Notes: a model not told the origin generated them from the letters alone. Counted from the first letter of the whole stretch, positions 13,089-26,460 are shown. The stretch is DNA of 63,758 nt, filler included, from Octopus bimaculoides (GCF_001194135.2; 9 parts of 9 records of this genome joined end to end with filler, not necessarily neighbours in it), one strand, 5' to 3'. Translations and numbers: made by a program.

Positions 13089-13298
13089 GGCGGCGAGCTG
13101 GCTGAATTATTAGTACGCTGGGCGAAATGCTTAGCGGTATTTCGTCTGCCGCTACGTTCTGAGTTCAAATTCCGTCGAGGTCGACTTTGCTCTTATCCCT
13201 TCGGGGTCAATAAATTAAACACCAGCGAAACACTGGGGTCGATGTAATCGACTAGTCCCAAAATTTCAGGCCTTTTGCCTATAGTAGAAAAGATTATA
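13089..13298 (+). mobile_element. SINE family A (tRNA-like head)
   Basis: ggcggcgagctggctgaattattagtacgctgggcgaaatgcttagcggtatttcg..ctgagttcaaattcc (B-box-like)..ggggtcgatgtaatcgact..tttcaggccttttgcctatagtagaaa. Confidence 0.85.
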
Positions 13299-14154
13299 TA
13301 GTGAGCCCATTGCATAATGTTCGAAGCACCACCAAATCTCATTGCCAAATGACATCTTGGCACACAGAGGATAATGAACACAAAGGAAATGTCTTAATGC
13401 TCACAATAGCAAAACTAAGAATCTAACAGCATACTTCTTAATTGCAACTGGAGCCATTCTATGCTGTATGACACTCTATCAATTCACATTGTCTTTTGAC
13501 ATTTTTGTATATACGGTATACAGGGACGAAGGAAGTGTTGTTCGGACAAAACACCAGTAACTAAAGCTAGTAACAAACTAAATAAATCAGGAAATGAAAA
13601 ATACCGCCGATGTCCAACCTAATCTATTCTACAAACCTCTAACTGTAAGAGTTCTAAAAAAATTACGATTCCCTCTCTCGTGGTATCAGGTTCTGTCCCT
13701 ATTTTACTGTCTTCATTGAGAAAAGTCCACTATCATTGATGCATCTGCTATCTTTCAAGAACATCTCTTGTATTATAATTTTCATTATAGCCTTTTTCCC
13801 GTCTATTCTCCCATATTTTTTTTAGTTTCCGTAATGTTGCAACAAAAAAAGGGAGTTTTTGTTGACAATATTTATGAATCACTTTTGCAAACACACTCAA
13901 TTGTTTGTTTTTTTGTCTTTTCTATCTCATAGTTGCAGCTACTGCTGCCACCTCCATTAGCGTCGTTGCTGCCGCCTTTGNNNNNNNNNNNNNNNNNNNN
14001 NNNNNNNNNNNNNNNNNNNNNNNNTTAATTAATTAANNNNNNNNNNNNNNNNNNNNNNNNNNNNNNNNNNNNNNNNNNNNACACACAAAATGCACATATA
14101 CAAACCGACAAAGACACACATATACTCACAGATATTTCTTTGAATTATTTCATA

Positions 14155-14189
<35 letters not shown>

Positions 14190-15542
14190 TTCTCATATAC
14201 ACACATATACACACTTGTGAATAAATGCTCGGAGGCACATAAATACATACACGCAGTACGGTGTATTATCTGATTTAGCAAATACATACACACATACGTA
14301 CATACACTCACATGTATACATACATATGCACACACATACATACACATATACGTACATACACACACATACATACGTACGTAAACACACATGATAGATCGAT
14401 CGACAGACAGACAGATTCATACATACATATATATATATATACATACATAAATACACACGCAAATACATACGGAGATATACGCATGCGTGTAGATACTCAC
14501 CCACCCCACAGTAATTCATTGAAGTGTTCGATGTGACGCAGAGCCATTGATGTATGCTTAGACACGGCAGCATACACACAGTCTCACACACACACACACA
14601 CACATTTGTATATTGAAATATGTGTGTGTTTATGCATAAGAGTGTGTCTATATCTATCTATCTATACATACATACATACATAGAAATATATATATATACA
14701 CACACACATATACAGATATATACATAGACGCGCGCACACAAACATATGCACATACGAACCTACATACACAATCTCAGATACCGCCACTCAGAGTTAATCG
14801 ACTCTATTCACTAAGATAGCTTGAAGTGTAAAATTGTTTAAAGCGGGTATAATACTCCTCTATCTCGGGTAGCGATGATTCCGAAGCAGTAATTATTTTC
14901 GTCATGAGAACATTTATCAAAGTACCATCTAATCTCTTTGAAGGTGCAAATTTACAACTTCTATTTTATTTTATTATTCATCTACCATTATTATTATTAT
15001 TATCATTTTCCAATTATCTATTTTAACACATCGATTGCCTCCACTTCTATCGCTCTCCTTATTTTCCCACTACCCGACCGACTTTTCCGCCATCTTGTCT
15101 TTGATGTAACTATAATTCTGCAACAGTTTTGAACGTGTAAATTTGCCAAGCAAAAGTAGAATATCTTTAGCTTCTTTTTTTTTAAATCTCTTTCACTATC
15201 TTCTATCTTTAAACTGGGAATTCTAAACGATTTCCTACGTAACTTCACCGTTGTTTTAATTAACATACAAACAAGCAAGCTTTACGAAACTACAAACAAA
15301 CTGCAATCACAACGAATGATGACTCTGCAGTTTATTAGAATCTTCGATAAAAGAAGGGCAACGTTACAAGCGATGTGATTGACACGTTAAGCGATGATAG
15401 ATCAATTGATAAATGTCCACAGTTTAATCACAAATCCTTCTTTCTGATAAAGGTGATTACTTAAAATTACTGGCTCTTTGGATGTACAATAATAAAGGAA
15501 CCTACATATTGATGTATACAGGTACATATGTATATAGGGGTA

Positions 15543-15600
<58 letters not shown>

Positions 15601-15772
15601 NNNNNNNNNNNNNNNNNNNNNNNNNNNNNNNNNNNNNNNNNNNNNNNNNNNNNNNNNNNNNNNNNNNNNNNNNNNNNNNNNNNNNNNNNNNNNNNNNNNN
15701 NNNNNNNNNNNNNNNNNNNNNNNNNNNNNNNNNNNNNNNNNNNNNNNNNNNNNNNNNNNNNNNNNNNNNNNN

Positions 15773-15843
15773 TACGGGGACGTGAACACACTAGCATCGG
15801 TTGTCAAGCAAGCGAATGTGGGTGGACAAACACAGACACACAA

Positions 15844-15889
<46 letters not shown>

Positions 15890-16043
15890 GACGGGCTTCT
15901 TTCAGTTTCTGTTCACCAAATCCACGCACAAGGCTTTGGTCTGCCCGAGGTTATAGTAGAAGATACTTGCCCAAAGTGCTACGCAGTGGGACTGAACCTG
16001 GAACCATGTGGTTGGTAAGCAAGCTACTTACTACACAGCCACG
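15773..16043 (-). mobile_element. SINE B (tail lost in gap)
   Basis: Reverse complement of the head (gcagtgggactgaacctggaaccatgtggttggtaagcaagctactta) plus internal AT/CA tract. Confidence 0.85.
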
Positions 16044-16312
16044 AAATTCCGACTAAGTCTGGTTTTCATGCTTCATTATTTGCAATTCTACAATATTGAA
16101 ATAAACTAATTCTTTCATGCGTTACGCAGTCGTCGGGTTTATGTAATGACAGTCGTACGCATAAAAGTACTTGTTTGTTTCAATTTTGTAAAATTGCAAA
16201 CGTTACAAATAATGAAACGTGAAGACCAGACTTAGATGGAATTTCTTTGATTGTTATATTCTTCTATATACAATCATACAAACACACACACACACTCATA
16301 GATATTCATATT

Positions 16313-16404
<92 letters not shown>

Positions 16405-17251
16405 CACATACACACACACACACACACATGCATTCACACGAAAGGATATGAGTTTAACAAAATATTTTAAAGATTCTACTTGTAATCTCAAACCAAACTC
16501 ACCAATTCTCATTAAGGAATCCATACGTGCCAATAATTCTTGTTTCTCATTCCCACTGGTCGTATACATAATTAACATTTTCTATTAAATCTCGTTAATT
16601 CGTTACCGATAAAATCTAATGAAGTCTTGTATTAATCCTCAAGACGATTATTCCAAGAATTTTGACATCAAATCATAAATGCAATGACCAGAAACGGTAG
16701 TGCCAAAGGTCTGCAATTATGGAATTAGAAGACACTTCACAAGACTTAGATACGGTGTAAGTTCTTGGAAGTGTATTGAGAATATTAAAAGTTGTAATGG
16801 AGACTGTTGCTATGACAACATTACTTTCATTGAATAGGGTAATATTAACTGTTAATCCGCTCTGTTAAATGATGTAGACCAGTAAGTAGCTACAATTAAT
16901 TGGATATATATATATATAANNNNNNNNNNNNNNNNNNNNNNNNNNNNNNNNNNNNNNNNNNNNNNNNNNNNNNNNNNNNNNNNNNNNNNNNNNNNNNNNN
17001 NNNNNNNNNNNNNNNNNNNNNNNNNNNNNNNNNNNNNNNNNNNNNNNNNNNNNNNNNNNNNNNNNNNNNNNNNNNNNNNNNNNNNNNNNNNNNNNNNNNN
17101 NNNNNNNNNNNNNNNNNNNNNNNNNNNNNNNNNNNNNNNNNNNNNNNNNNNNNNNNNNNNNNNNNNNNNNNNNNNNNNNNNNNNNNNNNNNNNNNNNNNN
17201 NNNNNNNNNNNNNNNNNNNNNNNNNNNNNNNNNNNNNNNNNNNNNNNNNNN

Positions 17252-17330
<79 letters not shown>

Positions 17331-17680
17331 GAAGAGAGAGAGAGAGAAGTAGATAGGTACGTTGGAAGCGTAGATGTACGTATACAGATATATGGATGTA
17401 TATTTGTGTGAATATAAATATGCATGCATATACACATACGTATATACATTCATGCAAATACATACATATATAAATACATGCAACATTATTTGTGTATATA
17501 TACACTTACTTATGCATACATGTATAGATGCATTATATATATATATATATGAACTCACATGTATACATGCATATTACACACATACATGTATATACAGGTA
17601 TGTATGTATATATTCGGCTGGGTCAAATTTCTCTAAAATTACATACAAATGCTTGTTTGTTCCTCTCTCAATCTCTTTTG

Positions 17681-17727
<47 letters not shown>

Positions 17728-18185
17728 TAGTGATAGAGAGGGAAAGAGGAGCAGACAGTCATTTATATTTAATTTCGGAGAAAATTTAACCCAGTCTGGA
17801 CTCCGAGTGTCAGCGTAAATAGCCAGTGATTGTCGGACCTCACGATTCCCTCTGCGGACATTTTCTTCCTTTATAATTCCTAATTATTGTTCATAAATTA
17901 CTGCTGTGAAGAATCAGGTCTTGTCTTTATCCTGTTATCACAATATTTATAGCAGCAGCTTAGTTTGTTTACACCAACTCGTGGGACATGGATTACACCT
18001 ACGTTTGGAGAGCGATTGCTGTTGTTACACAAACGCTAGGGAATTTGAATGGGTTGACGGATCCTACAGAACTGGATTTTTCTTAGACTGCTCTTTTCTT
18101 CTGAAGATGGGCCTATGCGCCAGAAATGTGTTTTATTAAACTTTCCGTATTGATAGAAGCTGTCTATTTTCTCTTTTTACATTCT

Positions 18186-18238
<53 letters not shown>

Positions 18239-20054
18239 CGCGTGTGTGCGCGCGTGTGTGCGCGTGTGTGTGCGTGCTACTTGATTATTGCCTGAACACT
18301 GAGAATAGATTTTTGTTTGTATTTATTTGTATGATCAGATTTTGCATTAATTTTTTGTAATATTCCTCTCTGAAATTATCGAAATCGATAAACGAAGAGT
18401 ATAGTGTTCCTCGACAGAGACGCGTTATCACCCGTGTGCTAAGATGTGTAGCTTGTTTCACAGATGCTTGGTATATTATGATATTGGAAATTGTTTCACT
18501 GACATGCAAATTCATATGCGTTATTGGTCAATTATTTGTCCTGCTCATAAATATATTTCTAGGAGCTAATTGCCGATTAAATACTTATATACACAGCTAT
18601 TTTCTTCACCAGCTGGACTGTTCAAAATAAATTCATTCACTTATGGCTGATGTACAATAAAACCAAAGTTACATTGCAAACGTAACCGAAATGGCATGAG
18701 TTTTGAGTAGAATCATGTTGGGGAAAATATTTCATTAAATATTTTAAAATTTTGGATTAAAAATCTAAAATTCCACTTCACTGTGTCAGAAGGTAGAGTA
18801 ACATATTGTTTGATATTTTTGTGGGAAGCTACGTTCGCGGGGGAATTGCTGATTTTGTGGCACTTTCATGAATTGTTACTCTCGATAAATGAACACCAGC
18901 AGAGGGATTTATAGGGACAACAGTTCAGCAGTTTTATAGATGAACGGATACACTGCTATGGAGAAAATTTTCGAAATAGTTAACTATCAAAATGTTTAAA
19001 CTACCCTTCAAGAGCGTGTATTTGATACACTCGTCTATCCATACACATTTTCATAACGTATAAAAGTCAAAACGAAGCCATATATGCCATGGAATCTACT
19101 AAAAAAGTCATGCAACTTGCGGTGTGTTATATAGTTACCTCTTAGTTCCATTACTATTTCAAATATTTTATGAATCATTGATAAAATATGACTGTTACAT
19201 ATGGTTGATACTAAAAATTTACAAGTATAATAGAAGTATACCAATGAAGAGGTCTCAAAAATCTAAGCTGAAATCCTGGCCGCAGACATATAATCCATTA
19301 TTAAAGACCAACAAATCTCAGTTAATGATATTCCACCGACAAAAGAAGCCAACTGATGTGAGGAAGCAAAAATAAAAAGAAGAAATGAAAATAAAAACAG
19401 CAGCAGCAGCGACATCTTTATTAGATTAAACAAGAAACTCTCTTTAACCAGATATGTTAACTAATTTGGTTTATTGACAAAGGAAACATCGCATTAATCA
19501 CTTAAGCATTAAATTAAGCCAGTCTAATGGTATTCTGTTCAAACTACGTTATAGAGTCGTTAAAAATTTCGTTAGAAAGTCGCTAAAACTATTCGCATAT
19601 CTCGCCCTGATTTTGTCTTCTCTTCTTTATTCGACCGGATCTTCGTGAAGTCCTTAATAACTGAAGAAAATTCACAAATAAAATAAATAACCATATAACT
19701 ATTAGTGAATTTTCACAACAACACCGACAACAACCAGATAGAAGTGTGCATAAGTTCTTTACATTGTCTGCGAGCATAATGGCCACACTAATGACTTATT
19801 ATCAAAGGAGGAATATTTAAAGTCGTTGTTGTTATTGAATTATGTAAACGAAACTAAAGATGTTTGAATATGAAAAATAAGGACATACATTTTTTTTCAA
19901 ACGCTTTCATACTTTATTTGCGAACACGACTTACATTCATCGGCACACACAGCAAGAGGACGGCACACAATATACTTGCATCCCGAGTCAATAAGTGAAT
20001 AATGCTAACATCTCATTTCTCTATCATGAAACAAAGCCATTAAGATTTTATATC

Positions 20055-20088
<34 letters not shown>

Positions 20089-20897
20089 TATTCTACTTTA
20101 CTTTTTATATTCAATTCTAATTTTTTTAAAAATTTTAATAATGATGAGGACGAAAATAATAGTAGTAATAATAATAATATATATATGTTTATTTCTATTT
20201 TAATAACAATGATGATTATTATTTTCTTTAATTTTTTATTTGAATAATAATAACAACAAAAATAGTGATAATAATAATAATAATAATATGGTGTTATCAG
20301 TTTGAAGAAAAATTAATTTCGATATCTAATATACCCCTGTCTCTCACTATTAAAGGGTATTTGCATTGTCTGTATGTGTATTTAAGAATGTATGTATATG
20401 AGTATGAGATTAGGTATATATACTTGCATGCATGCATGTATGTATGTATGTATGTATGTATGTATGCATAGATGCAAATATGTATTCATAAAGGCATGCA
20501 ATAATGGATGTGTGAGAAACACTGAGTGTATCATTTAATGTATGCGTTTATGTATGCATTCATACAGATGTGTGTGTGTATGCACGAGTGTTCATGCATA
20601 CATTATGTACAAACGTATGTACGAACCGTCATATCGATGTCTCTAGCTAGCTATCTGTCTGTTTCTCTCTCAGTACATACATACATACACACACACACAT
20701 ACATACACAGATATACATATGTATATATAAATATAAATGTATACGTAGGGGCATACGAATGTGCACTAACAATTATTTAACAGTAGAAACATACACACAT
20801 ACACAAAAACACACACACATATACCCATATATCTGTATATAGCAATACATAGCTATCAGTACGCGCGTATGCATACGTGGGAACATAGAATGTATGT

Positions 20898-20939
<42 letters not shown>

Positions 20940-21179
20940 TACTGATAGCTATATGTATATATTATATGCGTGCGCAATTATTTATTGAAATTAGACAAGC
21001 TGGCTGTCCCTTTTAATTAAATATTTTTAGCTAATAAATTCCTTTCCATTTCCAAAATACAAAATTCTATTTAATGTTTGTTTATTTTTTTCAATGCATT
21101 TATTATTTTGTTTTCTTTTATCCTACACCTTTAGAACACCGTAATTAACAAATATTTACCACTGCATATGCCATAGCCT

Positions 21180-22440
21180 CTACTACAGTATTTGCTTCAC
21201 TATTATCAATGCTTTTTCACACACCTTTAACACAGATTTATCGCACATCTTTACTACTGCATTTACCACCGTATTACCACACTCCATTACCACAATACTG
21301 AACAGAATACTGAACAGAATACTGAACAGAATTTTTACCACAAGACGTACCATGTTCTTTTACCATACAACTCCTCAAAGTGTTTAGTACACCTCTTTAC
21401 CATAGTCTTTACCGAAGTATTTACCATATCCCTTTACCACAAAATATTTTCCACAAACATCTATTCCGCAGCATCTGTCACGACATTTATCACACAATTT
21501 TTCCACCGTTCTTGCCACAAATTTTTACAACAGTATTTACCAAGTGTTGAGGTGTTGACCACAATTTTGCCAGAGCATTAAAAATGGTGTTTACCACATC
21601 ATTTACTTCAGTGTTTTATCATAGCATTTAATACAACAATTGCCACAGTATTTATCACAAGTTTCTCTGTATTATTGACAACGATATTTACCACAACCTT
21701 ATTCCATTCTTTTCCCCATTCTTTATCGCGGTTTTACCATAGTATATATCACACTATTTGCCACACAATATACCACAGCATATTCCACAAACTTCACCTC
21801 ATTATTTCCCACAATATCTTCCTCAGCTTTATCGTATTCTTAACCACGTTATACACCAGAGTGTCAAGGCGCGTGGTTTAGTGGTGTGGGTTTTCGGCTC
21901 ACGATCGCAAGGTCGTGAGTTCAATTCCCGGCGACGCGTTGTGTCCTTGAGAAAGACATTTTATTTCACGTTGCCCCAGTCCACTCAGCTGGCAAAAATG
22001 AGTAGAACCTGTATTTCAAAGGGTCAGCCTTGTCACACTGAATCTCCCTGAGAACTACGTTAAGGGTACACGTGTCTGTGGAGTGCTCAGCCACTTGCAC
22101 GTTAATTTCACGAGCAGGCTGTTCCGTTGATCGGATCAACTGGAACCCTCATCGTCGTAACCGACGGAGTGCTCCTATACATCAAAATAGTTTCCACAAA
22201 TTCTACCCCAGTATTTACCACAATATTTTCTACGGGTTTTATCAAAATATTTAACAGTATTTCCGCAGTACTTACCACAATATTCCACACGCCATTTATC
22301 ACACTACTTTCCACAACCCCACCTCATTCTTTACCACAGTCTTTTACCACAATATTTAATGCATTACTTACAAAATTCAACCCAGGATTTACCATAGTGT
22401 ATGCCACCATTCCCCCCCCCCGCAACAATATTTAACACAT
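21180..22440 (+). repeat. Degenerate TTTACCAC(A)-based low-complexity repeat, interrupted by a SINE C
   Basis: Dozens of tttaccac/ttttaccat/ttccaca variants at irregular ~10-25 bp spacing; includes a 12-bp x3 tandem (aatactgaacag) at ~21293-21330. Confidence 0.75.
21868..22178 (+). mobile_element. SINE family C, body variant 2
   Basis: ggcgcgtggtttagtggtgtgggttttcggctcacgatcgcaaggtcgtgagttcaattcccggcgacgcgttgtgtccttgagaaagacatt..ggatcaactggaaccctcatcgtcgtaaccgacggagtgctcc. Confidence 0.85.
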
Positions 22441-22493
22441 GCACTTTAAAATATAATTTAACTTAAACTTGGTGTCGACAATAAAGGCACGTG

Positions 22494-22710
22494 AGGCAGC
22501 AACCTGACAGCGTCCTTAGCATGCCGGACAAAATACTTTTCGGCGTTTCGTCCCTGTTTGCGTTCGGAGTTAACCTTTCGCCGAGTCGACATTGCTTTTC
22601 ATCTTTTCAGGATCGATAAAATAAGTACCAGTTGAGCCCTAGGGGTCGGTGTAATCGACTTACCCCTACCTCGAAATTGCTGGCCTTATACCAAAATTTG
22701 AAACCAGTAT
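22494..22710 (+). mobile_element. SINE A, diverged
   Basis: cgttcggagttaac..gccgagtcgacattgcttttcatc..gatcgataaaataagtaccagttgag..ggggtcggtgtaatcgacttacccc. Confidence 0.75.
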
Positions 22711-23282
22711 AAAACGCACCTTCTAATACTCACTTCAATGTACTCATTAACGTGTATTTTTAAATTCCTGTATTAAACCTCAACCACACTTCAACCCATT
22801 CCTTCACCTACTCTTAAATACAACATGGAATACACTTTAATATCGATGTTATACACTGTTTTACAGGCGCTTTACTTATACACTCTGTTACAAATATCTT
22901 AACACATATATTGCAACATACACTTCAACAGACGTTTTAGCGATAAATAACAGAATTCTATTTTTGTCAATAATTTGCTAAAAGGTTTTCGTGAATTACA
23001 TACATACATGTCTACTTGTGTATAAAATATACGTTTTTATACATGCATACATACATGCATGCATGCATGCATACATACATACATTACATACATGCATGCG
23101 TGCATACATACATGCACTGGAAAATACGAAAACTAAAAGAAGCAGCATATATGCTAGGACACAACAACCTCCTAAGTAGACCGAGTGTAGATATGAGTAG
23201 CATATGGGAACCGGTATTAAGGAAGGATAAGAAAATGTTAGATTTATAAGCCCTAAAATTCACTCCCTAATTGCCCACCGGC

Positions 23283-23548
23283 ATATGGCGTAGTAGTTAA
23301 GAGCGCGGGTTACTAACCCTAAAATTCCTTGTTCGATTCCTGAATAATGATAATAATAGTAATAACAACATCGAAAAATACGTTAGAAAAATAACATTAG
23401 AAAAATACCCAGGTTCGAAATTTACCCCAAGACACCTGAAGAAGGCTGGAGGGTATATCAGCCGAAACGTTGTGTTAACAACAAACAAGATGAGGATAAA
23501 TATCCTTCAAATGTAAATAATTCCTCATCTCTTAAACATAGAACTGTA
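23283..23548 (+). mobile_element. Composite short element: tRNA-like head + (AAT)n + hammerhead-bearing tail
   Basis: Head tggcgtagtagttaagagcgcgggttactaaccc..gttcgattcc (B box 23331-23340); AAT-rich spacer 23343-23370; tail cccaggttcgaaatttaccccaagacacctgaagaaggctgg..cttaaacatagaactgta. Tail recurs at 50.1-50.3 kb (-) and 50.9-51.1 kb (+). Confidence 0.8.
23431..23476 (+). ncRNA. Minimal type-I hammerhead ribozyme motif
   Basis: Stem I GACAC/GTGTT, core CUGA-A-GA, one extra A, stem II GGCTG/CAGCC (perfect), GAAA, palindromic ACGT, NUH = GUU. Confidence 0.75.
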
Positions 23549-23589
23549 ATATCAGATATAAACATATCCATATGTATTTATATGGATCA

Positions 23590-23760
23590 AGTCGGCGAGC
23601 TGGCAGAATCGTTAGCACACCGAACAAAATGATTAACGGTATTTCATCCGTCTTTTCGTTCTGAGTTCAAATTCCGCCGAGGTCGACAAAATAAGTACCA
23701 GTTGATGCAATCGAGTATCCCCTCCCCCAAATTTCAGGCCTTGTGCCTAGATTAGAAAGG

Positions 23761-23762
<2 letters not shown>
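23590..23762 (+). mobile_element. SINE A with internal deletion
   Basis: gtcggcgagctggcagaatcgttagcac..ctgagttcaaattccgccgaggtcgac[deletion]aaaataagtaccagt..tttcaggccttgtgcctagattagaaagg. Confidence 0.85.
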
Positions 23763-23791
<29 letters not shown>

Positions 23792-25419
23792 CATATATAT
23801 ATCCTTTCTAATCTAGGCACAAGGCCTGAAATATATATNNNNNNNNNNNNNNNNNNNNNNNNNNNNNNNNNNNNNNNNNNNNNNNNNNNNNNNNNNNNNN
23901 NNNNNNNNNNNNNNNNNNNNNNNNNNNNNNNNNNNNNNNNNNNNNNNNNNNNNNNNNNNNNNNNNNNNNNNNNNNNNNNNNNNNNNNNNNNNNNNNNNNN
24001 NNNNNNNNNNNNNNNNNNNNNNNNNNNNNNNNNNNNNNNNNNNNNNNNNNNNNNNNNNNNNNNNNNNNNNNNNNNNNNNNNNNNNNNNNNNNNNNNNNNN
24101 NNNNNNNNNNNNNNNNNNNNNNNNNNNNNNNNNNNNNNNNNNNNNNNNNNNNNNNNNNNNNNNNNNNNNNNNNNNNNNNNNNNNNNNNNNNNNNNNNNNN
24201 NNNNNNNNNNNNNNNNNNNNNNNNNNNNNNNNNNNNNNNNNNNNNNNNNNNNNNNNNNNNNNNNNNNNNNNNNNNNNNNNNNNNNNNNNNNNNNNNNNNN
24301 NNNNNNNNNNNNNNNNNNNNNNNNNNNNNNNNNNNNNNNNNNNNNNNNNNNNNNNNNNNNNNNNNNNNNNNNNNNNNNNNNNNNNNNNNNNNNNNNNNNN
24401 NNNNNNNNNNNNNNNNNNNNNNNNNNNNNNNNNNNNNNNNNNNNNNNNNNNNNNNNNNNNNNNNNNNNNNNNNNNNNNNNNNNNNNNNNNNNNNNNNNNN
24501 NNNNNNNNNNNNNNNNNNNNNNNNNNNNNNNNNNNNNNNNNNNNNNNNNNNNNNNNNNNNNNNNNNNNNNNNNNNNNNNNNNNNNNNNNNNNNNNNNNNN
24601 NNNNNNNNNNNNNNNNNNNNNNNNNNNNNNNNNNNNNNNNNNNNNNNNNNNNNNNNNNNNNNNNNNNNNNNNNNNNNNNNNNNNNNNNNNNNNNNNNNNN
24701 NNNNNNNNNNNNNNNNNNNNNNNNNNNNNNNNNNNNNNNNNNNNNNNNNNNNNNNNNNNNNATATATATATATATATATATACACATATATGTATGTATG
24801 TGTTTCTGTGTGTACAAAGTTACCAAAGGACTTGACGTTTGATCTATGATTGAGTTGAACAATGTTTTTACATAGCGTTGACTTGGCGAAACAGTACGAA
24901 ATTCGAAGGAAAATAACGCTACATACAAGATGTCAGTCATTCGTTGGTATTGTGAACTGACAGACAGGGAATCTATCGACTCAGAAATATATAGAGGGAT
25001 GTATGAATAAAGAATCCGACAGAAGGACAAACAAAAGCTACAAAAGAAGAAATGACATTTGAGATGAGGAGAGCCAAGTGTGAATTCCAGAATGAAGATT
25101 TCAAATTAGAAAAAGGAGTCGAGTGTCTCTTGAGAATTGACAAGAACTGATTTGTCGCTAAGATTATTATAATGGCAACTCTAATATTGAAGATAATCAC
25201 AGAACGAGTGATGATATCTACAGAAATGGTAAGGCCAAGTGTAAAGATGACATCATCGTTCGACAGGAATTAATTAAATAAATAAAACGAAAGCAAAAAT
25301 GAGTGAACCGATGTCAACAGCAAAATTTTTCATGTTACATTTTTTTCGTTTTGAACGGAATTGCGTCATTGGCGGACATATTGTTTTTATGATCACATGT
25401 TATCAAGTAGTTTCTTAGC

Positions 25420-25457
<38 letters not shown>

Positions 25458-26329
25458 NNNNNNNNNNNNNNNNNNNNNNNNNNNNNNNNNNNNNNNNNNN
25501 NNNNNNNNNNNNNNNNNNNNNNNNNNNNNNNNNNNNNNNNNNNNNNNNNNNNNNNNNNNNNNNNNNNNNNNNNNNNNNNNNNNNNNNNNNNNNNNNNNNN
25601 NNNNNNNNNNNNNNNNNNNNNNNNNNNNNNNNNNNNNNNNNNNNNNNNNNNNNNNNNNNNNNNNNNNNNNNNNNNNNNNNNNNNNNNNNNNNNNNNNNNN
25701 NNNNNNNNNNNNNNNNNNNNNNNNNNNNNNNNNNNNNNNNNNNNNNNNNNNNNNNNNNNNNNNNNNNNNNNNNNNNNNNNNNNNNNNNNNNNNNNNNNNN
25801 NNNNNNNNNNNNNNNNNNNNNNNNNNNNNNNNNNNNNNNNNNNNNNNNNNNNNNNNNNNNNNNNNNNNNNNNNNNNNNNNNNNNNNNNNNNNNNNNNNNN
25901 NNNNNNNNNNNNNNNNNNNNNNNNNNNNNNNNNNNNNNNNNNNNNNNNNNNNNNNNNNNNNNNNNNNNNNNNNNNNNNNNNNNNNNNNNNNNNNNNNNNN
26001 NNNNNNNNNNNNNNNNNNNNNNNNNNNNNNNNNNNNNNNNNNNNNNNNNNNNNNNNNNNNNNNNNNNNNNNNNNNNNNNNNNNNNNNNNNNNNNNNNNNN
26101 NNNNNNGATGTAATCAACTAGTCCCCTCCTCACCAAATTCCAGGCCTTGTATCTTCAGTAGAAATTACTATTACCATTATGTAAGACTCAGGGATAGTTC
26201 TTAATTACCGGTTATTCTTGACTTTAAAGTAGGTAATAACAAATAACCAAAGGTTTCAGGTAGTGCCTTCTCCTGTGACTCAAAAAGACAATACTCTCCT
26301 TAGAATGCGAACTGTACCCAACGATTCGA

Positions 26330-26432
26330 CCCGAGACTATAGTAAAAGATACTTGCCCAAGATGCCACGCAGTGGAACTGAACCCGGAACCACGTGGTTG
26401 GGATGCAACTTACCACACAGCCACTCCAGCGC
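26330..26432 (-). mobile_element. SINE B head fragment
   Basis: atagtaaaagatacttgcccaagatgccacgcagtggaactgaacccggaaccacgtggttggg..accacacagccactcc is the reverse complement of the head. Confidence 0.8.
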
Positions 26433-26460
26433 CTATTATTATTATTATCATCATTATTAA

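Noticed and set aside
23287-23341. tRNA-like cloverleaf fragments in this and other SINE heads
   Set aside because: No complete acceptor stem; they continue into repeat bodies, so they are SINE heads and not tRNA genes.
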